A stretch of 32,000 nucleotides of DNA from Pseudomonas asuensis. Its GTDB lineage: Bacteria > Pseudomonadota > Gammaproteobacteria > Pseudomonadales > Pseudomonadaceae. The translations under genes and the position numbers were made by a program. The number at the start of each line of letters is the position of its first letter. The first letter of the stretch is position 1. Shown here one piece after another: positions 1-10,405 of this stretch. The stretch lies in NCBI RefSeq assembly GCF_014646755.1, contig NZ_BMNW01000006.1:27745-59744 (forward strand), given 5' to 3'. The notes below the pieces were generated by a model. The model saw nothing but the letters and a program-made list of their open reading frames with translations, did no database searches and had not been told where the DNA came from.

Positions 1-73
1 TAACGCCGATCAGGGCAAAGGCGCTGATCATGCCGTAAGCCTGGGTGACCTTGCTTAGTGATTCGATAATCAT
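1..73 (-). CDS. madM: malonate transporter subunit MadM, 5' end only (gene runs off the left edge)
   Basis: ATG at 73..71 lies a few nt after the madL stop (79..81). Translation is MIIESLSKVTQAYGMISAFALIGV, a hydrophobic start. Its position after madL matches mdcABCDEGH-madLM clusters. It is absent from the ORF track because it is truncated by the window edge. Confidence 0.55.
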   Translation of the reverse strand, partial: MIIESLSKVTQAYGMISAFALIGV

Positions 74-78
74 GTCGG

Positions 79-480
79 TCACCGTTGTACGCTGGCCAGC
101 TGGTTAGGGGCAGAAGCCACCGCTTTTTTTCGGCCCACCTTGTTCAGTACTGGCACCAGGGCAAACGCGATGGCAATGGCCAGAAAACCGGCAAGAATAG
201 CCGCCGGACCGCCCTTGAGCGCACCAGCCACATTTTGCTGGGCCGCCATGGCCACGACGATGGGAATGTAGATCGCGCTCCAGAACTCTACACCTTGTTC
301 GGTCTTGGGATGAAACTTGCCATGCTTGCCGATCCAGCTACTCAGGAAAATGAGCATCAGCATGGCGATGCCAACACCGCCCACGTTGGCAGGCACACCG
401 ATCAGTTTACCGAGCACTTCACCGATGAAGATGCCGGTCAGCGTACAGATGGAGAGTAGAGCCACACCGTAGATAATCAT
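79..480 (-). CDS. madL: malonate transporter small subunit MadL
   Basis: 133-aa polytopic membrane protein (MIIYGVALLSICTLTGIFIGEVLGKLIG...) directly downstream of mdcH. Size and position are typical of MadL. Confidence 0.8.
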   Translation of the reverse strand: MIIYGVALLSICTLTGIFIGEVLGKLIGVPANVGGVGIAMLMLIFLSSWIGKHGKFHPKTEQGVEFWSAIYIPIVVAMAAQQNVAGALKGGPAAILAGFLAIAIAFALVPVLNKVGRKKAVASAPNQLASVQR

Positions 481-540
481 TGTTATTGTCCTCTGGGTCG
501 AAGTTCTTGTTCTTGTGCTTCGAAACGCTAGGCGATCTCT

Positions 541-1476
541 CTATCGGTCGCGATTGGCCTCCTCGCGCAGCAGCGCAGTAATGGTGTCGGTCCGTGTACC
601 TTGAAACGCCACCGCAGTTCCGGGGTTGATGACGCGTTTGGCAAGCGTGGTCAGCACCGTACCGGGCACCAACTCAACGGCAAGTTGCACGCCGCGTTCC
701 TGAGCATTGCGTAAGGTCGCGTGCCACTCCACGATGCGACACATATTGAAGGCCAAATCATCAGCAAGACGCGCCGGGTCTATGATGAGCCGGGCGGAGC
801 TACCGCTCAGGTAGCGTATCTGAGGGCGGTGCAAGGTTATCGATTGGAACGTGGCGGCGAGTCGATTGGCCGGCTCGGTCAATAAAGCGCAATGGGAGGG
901 TACGCTGACAGCCAGGCGGCGTGTAACGCCGGTACCACCTGAGCGAACCTTTTCGGCCAGGGCTGCCAGCGCAACGTCCGAGCCGGACGCGATGAACTGT
1001 TGTTCGGCATTGCTGTTAGCCAGAAAGACAGGCGCATCTGCGGTCGAGGTAGCTTCTACCAGGCATTCAGCCTCGTGACGCTGCAGCCCCAGCATCGCCA
1101 GCATGCCGTATCCTTTGGGAAACGCTTCTTGCATCAGCTTACCGCGCAGATCCACCAGCCTTAACGCATCGGCATAGTCGAGTGCATTTGCGATCACGGC
1201 GGCTGGATAGGCACCAATGGAAAGACCGGCGACATAGTCTGGGGCAGGGGCTTGCTCCAATAACAGACGTGCACTGGCAACGCCTGCAATCAACAGGCAG
1301 AGCTGAACGGCATGTGTCGATTGCAAGGCCTCAGCGGTATCCAGCATGTCGAGCGACACATTGAGGATGGCTTCAGCTTCCCGCAAGGTATCGCGTATAA
1401 CCGAGGCGTCAGGCAGCGTGTGCAGCATGCCTGGCTGCTGTGCGCCCTGGCCGGGGAACAGGAAAAGACTGCTCAC
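541..1476 (-). CDS. mdcH: malonate decarboxylase epsilon subunit, malonyl-CoA:ACP transacylase
   Basis: 311 aa. N-terminal FLFPGQGAQ and GLSIGAY motifs of the FabD-like acyltransferase fold. Its start overlaps the mdcG stop (1473-1476). Confidence 0.9.
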   Translation of the reverse strand: MSSLFLFPGQGAQQPGMLHTLPDASVIRDTLREAEAILNVSLDMLDTAEALQSTHAVQLCLLIAGVASARLLLEQAPAPDYVAGLSIGAYPAAVIANALDYADALRLVDLRGKLMQEAFPKGYGMLAMLGLQRHEAECLVEATSTADAPVFLANSNAEQQFIASGSDVALAALAEKVRSGGTGVTRRLAVSVPSHCALLTEPANRLAATFQSITLHRPQIRYLSGSSARLIIDPARLADDLAFNMCRIVEWHATLRNAQERGVQLAVELVPGTVLTTLAKRVINPGTAVAFQGTRTDTITALLREEANRDR

Positions 1477-2099
1477 GCAGCGATCTCCACCAAGTGCCAG
1501 GGATCAGTGACCAGACAGGCTCCGCTGGCTCGCTTGAGCAGCACGCGGTGGCTTGACTGTGCCCACTCGCGCAGGGCAATGCCTCCCTGTGGGGTTTCCA
1601 GTTGAATGTCCAGGCGGCACGGTGCCTTGTCCAGCTTATTCAGCAGGGCCAATGCCTGTGATCGAGAAAGAGGTGCAGGTGCACGCATGAGCAGATCGAG
1701 ATCGCTATCGGCGTGTAACGTGCGGATACCCGTCGCCAGCTGGAAACCCGCACTGCCGGTCACCCCCCAGACGAGACCGGTAGCATCCAGGCAGGGTTTG
1801 GCCCATATCAATGCTTTTAGGGCAGGCAAATCGGCGGGGTAGCTTTTGATGGCCGAAACCAGCTGTTCGGGTGAAAGGCTACGAACGATACGGTCCAAGG
1901 CCATCCAAGTGCCGAAGCGCTCTTCGCGTCCATGGCCACGTATACCTACGGCCACAACGCCGGGTTTGCCCTCGGCTCGACGAACAACGACTGGCTCCCC
2001 ACTCGCGACTGCTGCGAAGGCCCATTGCGGTGCTGTGGTAGGCAGTTGCTCTGGGATAAATCCCCAGAGCAGATCATGTGGGCGAGGGACTGGTTTCAT
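1473..2099 (-). CDS. mdcG: malonate decarboxylase holo-ACP synthase (phosphoribosyl-dephospho-CoA transferase)
   Basis: I prefer the ATG at 2099 (MKPVPRPHDLLWG...) because GGAGG sits 4 nt upstream. The ORF-track start at 2129 would overlap the mdcE stop by 7 nt and remains possible. Operon position is between mdcE and mdcH. Confidence 0.85.
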   Translation of the reverse strand: MKPVPRPHDLLWGFIPEQLPTTAPQWAFAAVASGEPVVVRRAEGKPGVVAVGIRGHGREERFGTWMALDRIVRSLSPEQLVSAIKSYPADLPALKALIWAKPCLDATGLVWGVTGSAGFQLATGIRTLHADSDLDLLMRAPAPLSRSQALALLNKLDKAPCRLDIQLETPQGGIALREWAQSSHRVLLKRASGACLVTDPWHLVEIAA

Positions 2100-2122
2100 A
2101 AAGCCTCCGTAATCAATTAGAG

Positions 2123-2923
2123 TCACCATTGCTCCAGCAACTTTTCCCGCACCTGTCGTGATGCGCTGCGATTGGAAGCATCCAGGCGGCCACGTAGATC
2201 ATGCGATCCTGCCGCAATATCGGCCACGGCCTGTTGCAGGCATTCGCTTACCCGATTGATATCGCCTTCGGTAGGACGTTCGATGCGCTCGACCGACAGC
2301 GTCTCCCATAGGAGACCCAGCGAAGCATAGTTATGGAGGTCGTATGCCATGGGTGGAATGTTTGCCGCCAACGCTTCCAGCTCGTCGACGCTGCGCAGGG
2401 TGATACGTGCTGCTGATGCTTTGCCCATTGCATGCACCTCAACACCGGGATCGCGGAGCGCAATAAGGCGATTGGCCTGATAGCCATGGGCAAGAAACGC
2501 ACCGGACATCGCCTTGCCCACAATCAAACCAATCACTGGGTGACCTGCGAGCCGAGCGCGTGCATAGGCATCTACCGCACCTGCCAGTGCCTGGTGGATA
2601 CCCAGCGCTTCCTCACGTCGGCCATATGCCTGGCTTGGTACGTCAATAATGGCAACCAATGCGCGTTTGGTATCGTGATCGCGGTCGGCCTCTATGGCTT
2701 CATTAATGATTCGGCCGAGGCCCCAGCCTTCGAGCAGCCCCACCTCACCGCAGCGAGCGCGGGGAAAGGGATTTTGCTCATCGGGGACCACTGCAATCAC
2801 GCGAGCCGGTAAGCTGCCCAGTGTTGTATCGCAGACCTTCAGCGAGGCGGGCAGACCTTCAAAGGGTTTCGCATTAGGTGAAAGTGCGTTGAACCAGATC
2901 AGTCCACGTGTAGAGAGTGTCAT
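2123..2923 (-). CDS. mdcE: malonate decarboxylase gamma subunit (carboxyltransferase)
   Basis: 266 aa in the expected operon position. Its start overlaps the mdcD stop by 4 nt. Confidence 0.9.
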   Translation of the reverse strand: MTLSTRGLIWFNALSPNAKPFEGLPASLKVCDTTLGSLPARVIAVVPDEQNPFPRARCGEVGLLEGWGLGRIINEAIEADRDHDTKRALVAIIDVPSQAYGRREEALGIHQALAGAVDAYARARLAGHPVIGLIVGKAMSGAFLAHGYQANRLIALRDPGVEVHAMGKASAARITLRSVDELEALAANIPPMAYDLHNYASLGLLWETLSVERIERPTEGDINRVSECLQQAVADIAAGSHDLRGRLDASNRSASRQVREKLLEQW

Positions 2924-3783
2924 TTCACACCTCCTTCATCGCCAGCGGCGTATAGGTCGCGGACGGTTACCGCATCGATGGGTTGTTCGGGTTCAAGACG
3001 GCCGAGGCGGTCAAGAAACCAGGCGTACCGCCGACTACGCTCGAGCGCAGGCTTACCTTGTCTGAAACAGGTACGAATCTGGGCATGGATTGTTTCGGTA
3101 TCATCAGGTACATAGGCGTCAACAAGGCCCGTCACATGGCGCTGCTCACCACCGGTCAGGCTCCAGATGAAGGGACGATCCCGAGAATCGTACTCCTCGA
3201 TTCCCGCCTCCTGCTCAATGACTTGAGGGCCATTCAGGCCCAGCCGTGCCTCTTGCGTCACAATCAGATAGCTGCACAGGCCGGCAGCGATGGACATACC
3301 ACCAAAACAACCAACGGGGCCGGCGATAACTGCTATGACCGGCTGGTACTGTCGGAGGTCGACGATAGCCGCCTGGATTTCAGCAATAGCGGCCAGACCG
3401 AGATTGGCTTCCTGCAAACGTACGCCGCCTGTCTCCAATAGCAGCACGGCGCGGGTTGGAATACCGTTGCGGTTGTCTTCGGCAGCCAGTTCCAGGGCTC
3501 CGGCAATCTTGGCCCCGCCCACCTCACCCATGCTTCCGCCCTGGAAAGAGCCCTCAATAGCGGCAATCACCGTGGGCTGACCTTCAATCGTGCCCTTGGC
3601 AATGACCACGCCGTCATCAGCCTGCGTCACGATGCCCTGCTTGGGTAGCCAAGGCGACATCATGCGTTCAAACGGGCCGATCAATTCGCGGAAGCTGCCC
3701 TGATCAAGCAGGGCGCGAGCCCGCTGCCGGGCACCCAATTCAATGAAACTGCGAGATTGGAGTAGGCGTGCGGTATCAGTCAT
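2920..3783 (-). CDS. mdcD: malonate decarboxylase beta subunit (carboxyltransferase)
   Basis: Acetyl-CoA-carboxylase-beta-like sequence ([22 protein letters not shown]...). I chose the ATG at 3783 over the ORF-track start at 3858, which would run deep into mdcC. Confidence 0.9.
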   Translation of the reverse strand: MTDTARLLQSRSFIELGARQRARALLDQGSFRELIGPFERMMSPWLPKQGIVTQADDGVVIAKGTIEGQPTVIAAIEGSFQGGSMGEVGGAKIAGALELAAEDNRNGIPTRAVLLLETGGVRLQEANLGLAAIAEIQAAIVDLRQYQPVIAVIAGPVGCFGGMSIAAGLCSYLIVTQEARLGLNGPQVIEQEAGIEEYDSRDRPFIWSLTGGEQRHVTGLVDAYVPDDTETIHAQIRTCFRQGKPALERSRRYAWFLDRLGRLEPEQPIDAVTVRDLYAAGDEGGVK

Positions 3784-4090
3784 GGAATGCTCCTTCCAAC
3801 TGTAACTCTTCCAGCCCTTGTTCCAGGCGTAAACGCACAACGCCGGGCGTCGCACCAAAATCGTGGATCTCGATATTCAACGCTGGTGGCGTCTGCTCAC
3901 GAAACATCCGCTCGAACAGGTTCTGCCAGCGCGCCGCACTGCCATTCACCGATGTCACGACATTCAACCTGAGCATGCCTGCCTCGCCGGGCTCCAGCAG
4001 CACCTCCAGGTCTCCCGAGCCAACACCGCCCACCAGGGCTCTACCCCGAGGGGACTGACCGGCTGGAAATTCAAACTTCAAGGTTTCCAT
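3776..4090 (-). CDS. mdcC: malonate decarboxylase acyl carrier protein (delta subunit)
   Basis: 104 aa ([11 protein letters not shown]...) between mdcB and mdcD. Size and position are typical of MdcC. Confidence 0.9.
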   Translation of the reverse strand: METLKFEFPAGQSPRGRALVGGVGSGDLEVLLEPGEAGMLRLNVVTSVNGSAARWQNLFERMFREQTPPALNIEIHDFGATPGVVRLRLEQGLEELQLEGAFHD

Positions 4091-4962
4091 GAGATAGCGC
4101 TCCTCTGCATGCAGGATTCCAGGCGATCAAGAAAGAGGGTAGAGGCCAGCAGATCGGCAGCACCACCGGGGGATGCATTCAGGCGTAGTAACGCGTCGTC
4201 CAGTTGGCGCAACGCGCGTCTGCCCGCCAGGGTTGCGCTGCCACCCTGCGCAAGGACTGCCTGCGCGCCGTGCTGAAGCGTATCCAGACCTTCAAGACCC
4301 GCCCTATGCAGGACGCAGGTATCCGGTAAAACGGCCATGATGGCGATAAGCGCATCAAGCCGCGCATTTTGCTCTCCGGCGCCTTTCGCTCGGCTCTTCA
4401 ACAGTTGTGGTAAACCATGCCCTACCACAGCGGGGAACCCCGCTTGCGCCTGTTCACGGGCGCCGGGAAGACCGTATCGGGCGCAGGCCCTGAGACCATG
4501 ACTATTCTGTACCTCAGGCGCAAATCGATCAGGCAGGCGTGCCAACACAGCAGCGCGGTGAGCCACGTCCGCAGGAGAACCGTGTTCCGGTTCAAACGCT
4601 GCGGCAGCAGTCAGCAGGCCCAGCGCCCAGATCGCGCCCCGGTGCGTATTGACTCCACCAGTGGTTTCCAGCATGACACTTTCGCCCTTGCGGCCTAGCT
4701 GACCCAGCATCTCGCGCAAGGACTGGTCTAAGTCCTGCGCAACACTGGCGGCTTCCGCCATGTCTTGAAAGGTTTGCCGCAGTGCATAGGCCGAGCTGTG
4801 CATTAGCCCCAGGTTCAGGTCCGTATGCGCGCCATTATTTCGGCGATCGACCAAGCCAGGTTTGGGTGAAAGATCTGCCTCGTCGATAAGGACTTGCACA
4901 GCCAGATCCGCCAGCTGCCCGGCAAAGGAAGAGGTGAGGGGTACCGCGATCAAGGCACGCAT
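4078..4962 (-). CDS. mdcB: triphosphoribosyl-dephospho-CoA synthase
   Basis: The internal ATG at 4962..4960 overlaps the mdcA TAA (4964..4962) by 1 nt, reading TAATG. Translation starts [11 protein letters not shown]... The CitG/MdcB family call rests on operon context and length (294 aa). Confidence 0.88.
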   Translation of the reverse strand: MRALIAVPLTSSFAGQLADLAVQVLIDEADLSPKPGLVDRRNNGAHTDLNLGLMHSSAYALRQTFQDMAEAASVAQDLDQSLREMLGQLGRKGESVMLETTGGVNTHRGAIWALGLLTAAAAFEPEHGSPADVAHRAAVLARLPDRFAPEVQNSHGLRACARYGLPGAREQAQAGFPAVVGHGLPQLLKSRAKGAGEQNARLDALIAIMAVLPDTCVLHRAGLEGLDTLQHGAQAVLAQGGSATLAGRRALRQLDDALLRLNASPGGAADLLASTLFLDRLESCMQRSAISWKP

Positions 4963-6629
4963 TACCAACTCCTGAATTTGGCTGGAGGGTTGTAAAGACC
5001 GCCTGACCACTCCACGAGGTCGGCAATGCTCTTGGCTGCCAGGAGTTCGCGTGTAGCATCGGTACGGCGGATACCCAGGTCTTCCGGCAGGGCCAATAGG
5101 CCGTCGCGGCGCATCTGCTCGGTTCTTTTGGGATCGTGGCGTAAACCGATATCAGTCACACCCGCAACCGCTGCAATCAATGCCCGACGCTCCTCTTGAG
5201 AGCGGGCCTTGTACAGATAGGCAATTCCTTCCTCTGTAAGCAGATGCGTGACGTCATCGCCATAGATCATCACGGGCGCCAGTGGCATGCCGCTTTTTTT
5301 AGCAACATCGACAGCATCGAGCGTATCGACGAACGTGGGTTTGCCACCCTCCTGGAAGGTCTCGACCATCTGCACTACCAGCTTACGGCCACGCTCAAGC
5401 ATGGCGGTCGGGCCTTCTTCCACCCGCATATCGAGCCATGCGGGTGTGCCGTGGCGACGGCCATGTGGGTCATGTCCCATGTTGGGTGCGCCTCCAAATC
5501 CGGCCAGGCGTCCACGTGTTACGGTAGAGGAATGTCCATCGCCATCCACTTGTAGCGTTGCGCCAATGAACAGGTCGACAGCGTATTGTCCTGCCAGTTG
5601 GCACATCATCCGATTGGAGCGCATGGAGCCGTCACGCCCGGTGAAAAACACGTCCGGCCGGGCTGCGATATAGTTTTCCATGCCCAGTTCGGTGCCAAAG
5701 CAATGAACGCTTTCCACCCAGCCGCTTTCAATCGCTGGAATAAGCGTGGGATGCGGATTGAGCGTCCAGTTACGACAGATCTTGCCCTTGAGGCCCAGTC
5801 GTTCACCATAGGTGGGCAGGATCAGTTCGATCGCAGCGGTATTGAACCCAATCCCGTGGTTGAGCGACTGCACGTTGTGTTTTTCATAGATTCCTCGGAT
5901 CGCCATCATTGCCATGAGCACATGGACGGGCTTGATATGGCGAGGGTCTCGGGTAAACAACGGTTCGATGTAAAAAGGTTTGTCCGCCACCACCACAAAG
6001 TCGACCCAGGAAGCGGGGATATCCACGCGCGGCAGATCGCTTACGTCGTCCACCAATTCGTTGACCTGAACGATGACGATGCCATCGCTAAAGGCACCTG
6101 CTTCGATAAGGGCGGGTGTGTCCTCGGTGCTGGCGCCCGTATAAATATTCCCGTGCCGGTCTGCCTTGAAGCCAGCGGACAAGACAACGTTGGGAATCAA
6201 GTCCACTAACAGGCGTGAGTAAAGTTCGATGTAGGTATGGATAGCGCCAACTTCCAAGAGTCCGTCTTCGAGCAGCTGACTGATACGCAGGCTCTGTGTG
6301 CCGGCAAAGGAGAAGTCCAATTTGCGAGCGATGCCGCGTTCAAACAGGTCCAGATGTTCGGCGCGCCCTACGCTGGGCATGATCATGTGCAGATCATGGA
6401 GCTTGCCAGGGTCCGCCTTGACCAATGAGCGAGACAGAAAATCCGCCTGCTTCTGATTGTTGCCTTCCAACACCACGCGATCACCGGGGGCAATCAGCGC
6501 TTCAAGAGCTTCAACGATCCGCTCGGTTCGAATGATCGCGCCTTCAGCATAGGCACTTGCCTGAGCGACACGCCGCTGCTTTTCGGTGCGCCGCCGCGAC
6601 CATTGAGGTGGAGGAGAAGTTATTGTCAT
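4962..6629 (-). CDS. mdcA: malonate decarboxylase alpha subunit (acetyl-S-ACP:malonate ACP transferase)
   Basis: 555 aa, first gene of the operon. Size and sequence are typical of MdcA. Confidence 0.92.
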   Translation of the reverse strand: MTITSPPPQWSRRRTEKQRRVAQASAYAEGAIIRTERIVEALEALIAPGDRVVLEGNNQKQADFLSRSLVKADPGKLHDLHMIMPSVGRAEHLDLFERGIARKLDFSFAGTQSLRISQLLEDGLLEVGAIHTYIELYSRLLVDLIPNVVLSAGFKADRHGNIYTGASTEDTPALIEAGAFSDGIVIVQVNELVDDVSDLPRVDIPASWVDFVVVADKPFYIEPLFTRDPRHIKPVHVLMAMMAIRGIYEKHNVQSLNHGIGFNTAAIELILPTYGERLGLKGKICRNWTLNPHPTLIPAIESGWVESVHCFGTELGMENYIAARPDVFFTGRDGSMRSNRMMCQLAGQYAVDLFIGATLQVDGDGHSSTVTRGRLAGFGGAPNMGHDPHGRRHGTPAWLDMRVEEGPTAMLERGRKLVVQMVETFQEGGKPTFVDTLDAVDVAKKSGMPLAPVMIYGDDVTHLLTEEGIAYLYKARSQEERRALIAAVAGVTDIGLRHDPKRTEQMRRDGLLALPEDLGIRRTDATRELLAAKSIADLVEWSGGLYNPPAKFRSW

Positions 6630-6875
6630 GATGACTCCACGAAGTCCGCTGTCGTGGTCTCACGCTAGTCCTCCTTCTGAATGCCTTCAATCAACCTCAG
6701 TGTCGAATCGTTAACCTGAGCGTAATGATTTACAGAGTACGCATACCTTTGGCTATAACGGAAAACAGATGCAGAACGTTCAATACTTCCATCATTTTGC
6801 TCAGGCTGCTAAAACATCGCTGTTACATGCATCTGGCTATACCCCTCACAGGCTATCGGCTAGGAGACTTGGAGT

Positions 6876-7928
6876 ATGACCACCTGTGCAACTGAGCACA
6901 TTGAACGTTTGGAGCACATTACTCAGCGCCGTAGCGAGTTGGCCCAAATCATCGAGCGTTTCGCTCCTGACTATGGAGTTCATGCTACCGCGATCAGTCC
7001 ATTACACCTGATCCGTAGCGATCACCCGACAGAAGTCATCTATACCGTTCACAAACCTGGCCTTTGCCTCATTGTGCAAGGTGCCAAAGAGATCCGATTG
7101 GCTGAGGAATGTTACCGGTACGATCCGCTCAACTACCTCGTGGTTTCCGTCACGTTGCCGCTAGCAGGAAAAGTGATTGAGGCAACAGGCGATAAGCCTT
7201 ATCTGTGCATTCGCCTTGATCTTGATCCCTGTGAGATTGCTCAACTCGTCTCGGACGCCAGCCCTATCGGCGTACCGGATCGCCCAGCAGAGCGGGGGTT
7301 GTTTCTGGACCAGATCGATCCGCCCATTCTGGACGCTATGCTCCGTCTGCTGCGCCTGTTAGATACACCTGACGACATTCCCATGCTGGCGCCTATGGCC
7401 ATCAAGGAAATTTATTACCGATTGCTCAGGGGCAGGCAGGGGCACCGCCTGTATGAAGTGGCATTAGCAGATAGCCAAGCCCAACGGGTCGCCCGTGCTA
7501 TTGATTGGTTGAACAGCCACTTTTGTGAGCCGCTGAGTATCGACGCCCTGGCCAGCCATGTGAATCTTAGTACATCAGCGCTCCATCATCGTTTCAAGGC
7601 CGTAACGGCCATGAGTCCGTTGCAATATCAAAAGCAGCTGCGCCTAAACGAGGCACATCGATTGATGATATCTGAAGGATTGGATGTGACCCGTGCATGC
7701 TACAAGGTTGGCTATGAAAGCCCCTCACAGTTCAGCCGGGAGTACAGTCGTTTTTTCGGCGCATCACCGATTAAGCATATTGGGCAGCTTGGAAAGAGAG
7801 CATGGCTATTTGATAGCAAATTGATGCTATCCCGACTAGGGACTTTTGGGCTAAGAGCCTCAGCCAAGAAGCTATATCCTCTTGTAAAAATATCATGCAA
7901 ATCCCCAATAAAGCTTATATATCAATGA
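6876..7928 (+). CDS. AraC-family transcriptional regulator (AraC_N-type sensor domain plus C-terminal double HTH)
   Basis: C-terminal HTH signature (LSIDALASHVNLSTSALHHRFKAVTAMSPLQYQKQLRLNEAHRLM...GYESPSQFSREYSRFFGASP). Divergent from mdcA. The last ~45 codons are AT-rich and may be read-through into a non-native tail. Confidence 0.85.
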   Translation: MTTCATEHIERLEHITQRRSELAQIIERFAPDYGVHATAISPLHLIRSDHPTEVIYTVHKPGLCLIVQGAKEIRLAEECYRYDPLNYLVVSVTLPLAGKVIEATGDKPYLCIRLDLDPCEIAQLVSDASPIGVPDRPAERGLFLDQIDPPILDAMLRLLRLLDTPDDIPMLAPMAIKEIYYRLLRGRQGHRLYEVALADSQAQRVARAIDWLNSHFCEPLSIDALASHVNLSTSALHHRFKAVTAMSPLQYQKQLRLNEAHRLMISEGLDVTRACYKVGYESPSQFSREYSRFFGASPIKHIGQLGKRAWLFDSKLMLSRLGTFGLRASAKKLYPLVKISCKSPIKLIYQ

Positions 7929-7954
7929 CTTAATGGTTTTATTCCTGCCCTTGA

Positions 7955-7981
7955 AAGTCCTGCTTTTTCGAAGCAGGACTT
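7955..7981 (+). terminator. stem-loop downstream of the AraC gene
   Basis: AAGTCCTGCTT / AAGCAGGACTT 11-bp perfect stem with loop TTTCG. There is no clear T-tract. Confidence 0.4.
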
Positions 7982-8367
7982 CAGCGTTTGTGATGGCGGG
8001 TGAACGATGTTCAAAGGTAAATCGATGAGACAACTTGTCAGCGAACCTACAAGCAATGCGTAAGAGGTTCCACTCCATGTGTTCTCAGCGTGTTGAAAGT
8101 CCGTAGATCGATCTCATCCTTCATAAGCTCTGGTAGCTGAGTCAGGAAGGTTTTACGTAAGCCCTCTCAAGGACAGTCTGGGGAACACCAGATCTCATGG
8201 ATAAACCACTCACTCGGCTCGTCTCGGCGTTGGTGATGCATGTAAGCCAAGCAACCCTGCCACGGCGTGAAGGCAAAATTAGCGAAGCCAGGTGCTTGCC
8301 TCGCATCTGTGTCTTACCCGGATAAGACTATGTTGGTGAGTTCACACATCAATCAGGCCTCCTTAAT

Positions 8368-8400
8368 GCTCCCTGCTGCCTAGGCAGAGCAGCAGGGAGC
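8368..8400 (-). terminator. stem-loop immediately downstream of the SDR gene
   Basis: GCTCCCTGCTGC / GCAGCAGGGAGC 12-bp perfect stem with a 9-nt loop, beginning 9 nt past the stop at 8409. No U-tract. Confidence 0.45.
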
Positions 8401-8408
8401 ATAAGCAT

Positions 8409-9167
8409 TCAAACCGTGGTATAGCCACCGTCTGCCATGACAACCGAACCCGTCATGAAGCTGGCGCGATCGGAGGCCACAAAGGCAATTACTTCAGCGA
8501 TTTCTCTCGGCTGGGCAACACGGCCAATCGGGGCGTTAGTGGCATGTTCACGCAGGAAAGCGCGGCCATCAGGCATGATGTCATCGAGGATGCCAGTCTC
8601 CACATCGCCAGGGGCTACGACGTTGGCCCGAATGTTATGCGGCGCGCCTTCAAGCGCGAGAACCTTGGTGAGCTGAGCAACCGCACCTTTCGACGCGGCA
8701 TAGGCGCCAATGGTAGGAAACGCTACCTGACAGGCATAGGAGCCTACATTGACGATGGCGCCGCGCTTGTTATCGATCATGACGCGCATCGCCTCACGAG
8801 CATGCAGGAACATGCCGCGTGCGTTGACGTTCATGACCTTGTCCCACTGCTCGACGGACATATCGGTAACGTTTATGTTGAGGATGATCGCAGCGTTATT
8901 GACCAGAATATCAACCTTGCCAAAGCGCTCCATGGCAAGGGCAACGGCGCGTTGAGCAGTTGCTTCTTCCGCTACATCACCGACCAGCGCAGCGATGCAC
9001 TCTGATTTTTGTTCAAGCTCGACAACGGATGGCTTGATGTCCTCGGCAACGACAGAGGCGCCACGCTCAGCAAACAGTGTGGCTACAGCTTCGCCGATTC
9101 CACCCGCTGCACCGGTGACGATGGCGACTTTACCTTCAAGTTCTTGTACGGGAGTTGTAGTCATCAT
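8409..9167 (-). CDS. SDR-family oxidoreductase
   Basis: TGAAGGIG cofactor motif, NNAA, and catalytic YAASK. ATG at 9167 is preceded by GAGGAGA. The ORF-track start at 9179 is a TTG. Confidence 0.9.
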   Translation of the reverse strand: MMTTTPVQELEGKVAIVTGAAGGIGEAVATLFAERGASVVAEDIKPSVVELEQKSECIAALVGDVAEEATAQRAVALAMERFGKVDILVNNAAIILNINVTDMSVEQWDKVMNVNARGMFLHAREAMRVMIDNKRGAIVNVGSYACQVAFPTIGAYAASKGAVAQLTKVLALEGAPHNIRANVVAPGDVETGILDDIMPDGRAFLREHATNAPIGRVAQPREIAEVIAFVASDRASFMTGSVVMADGGYTTV

Positions 9168-9430
9168 GTCTCTCCTCAAGTATCAAACGCCGTAAGCGGC
9201 TGTGGTTGAAGTCGAGATCACGATATCGAGTTTGCCCGGCGTGATAATCGCCGCGTTTCTTCATGCCTTATGAAGGAAGGCTAAATAATCCAGAGGTAGA
9301 TGGGGCAGGAATGAAAGGGCCGCAAAGCACGGCCACTTCTACGGTAGACATAACAGGTATTAGTGTCGGTTAACTAAATCCAAATGCCGGCAAAGGCTTC
9401 ACTGGCCGTGAATGGTCATGTGCTGGTCCG

Positions 9431-10345
9431 TCAACGGCTGCGCGCGGAGTCTTTTTTCAGAAAATCGATAAATGCCCGTAGCGAGGCCAGCTGTTGGCGC
9501 TGCCGAGGGTAACTCAGATAAAAACCATCAAACGGCGCGCACCATTCCTGGAGTAGCGGGACCAATGTTCCAGCGTTGATAAAGGGCTCCATCTGGTCTT
9601 CCAACCAAAAGGCGATACCCACGCCGTTGACTGCAGCCTCAATGGCTACACGCTGATCGTTGACGATGAGCGGGCCTTTGACGGCTATGGCAAACCACTC
9701 AGTATCACGCTTGAATTCCCAGCGATACGGGTGGATCTGGCCTGGCCAGCGCCAGTTGATACAGCGGTGATTTTCCAAGTCATACGGCGTTTCCGGATAC
9801 CCGTACCGCTCAAGATAACGCGGCGAGGCGGCTGGAATCTGCCTGAGTTCAGGCCCTAGCTTGATGCCAACCATGTCCTGCTCAATAAGCTCTCCCAGGC
9901 GCAGAGTGGCATCGAACCCTTCTGCAACAATATCCACGGGCCTATCATCTAATACGACATCCAGCTCTATCTCGGGATAGGCCTCGGAGAAAGGCTGGAA
10001 GATTGGCTCAAGAAAAACACGTGAGGCTAGCCGAAGGGCATGCACACGTAATCGACCGGAAGGCTTCTCACCAAATAAACAGGCGTTCTCTACAGCGTTT
10101 GCTACCTCCTGTAAAGCGGGCTTGAGTCGTTCAAGCAAGTGCTCGCCAGCAACGGTCAGGCTCAGACTACGGGTCGTACGGTTGAACAGACGAACCCCCA
10201 TGCGCTCTTCCAAACTACGTATTGTCTGGCTAAGTGCAGAAGGGGATACCTGCAACTCTTCAGCAGCCCGAACGAAACTGCCACGTTCAGCAATGGCCAC
10301 GAACGCTTGCAGTTCTGCATAGTTTTGACCGCGCATAGTAAGCAT
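9431..10345 (-). CDS. LysR-family transcriptional regulator
   Basis: N-terminal winged HTH (ELQAFVAIAERGSFVRAAEELQVSPSALSQTIRSLE) plus a LysR substrate-binding domain. 304 aa. Confidence 0.9.
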   Translation of the reverse strand: MLTMRGQNYAELQAFVAIAERGSFVRAAEELQVSPSALSQTIRSLEERMGVRLFNRTTRSLSLTVAGEHLLERLKPALQEVANAVENACLFGEKPSGRLRVHALRLASRVFLEPIFQPFSEAYPEIELDVVLDDRPVDIVAEGFDATLRLGELIEQDMVGIKLGPELRQIPAASPRYLERYGYPETPYDLENHRCINWRWPGQIHPYRWEFKRDTEWFAIAVKGPLIVNDQRVAIEAAVNGVGIAFWLEDQMEPFINAGTLVPLLQEWCAPFDGFYLSYPRQRQQLASLRAFIDFLKKDSARSR

Positions 10346-10405
10346 CCTGTGTACTCGTCTGTCTGAAAAGCGCAGCGTGCCGATTCTGCATGAGCGCGAG
10401 CGCCT

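Noticed and set aside
5586-6209. 207-aa plus-strand ORF. Similar ORFs occur at 85-459, 2432-2812, 2983-3441, 8544-9005, 11703-12113, 20185-20547, 23165-3527 and 24472-24924.
   Set aside because: All lie antisense inside well-supported genes in GC-rich DNA. Their composition is Arg/Ala/Gly/Ser-rich shadow-frame, they have no SD, and I recognise no motif. They are typical antisense shadow ORFs.
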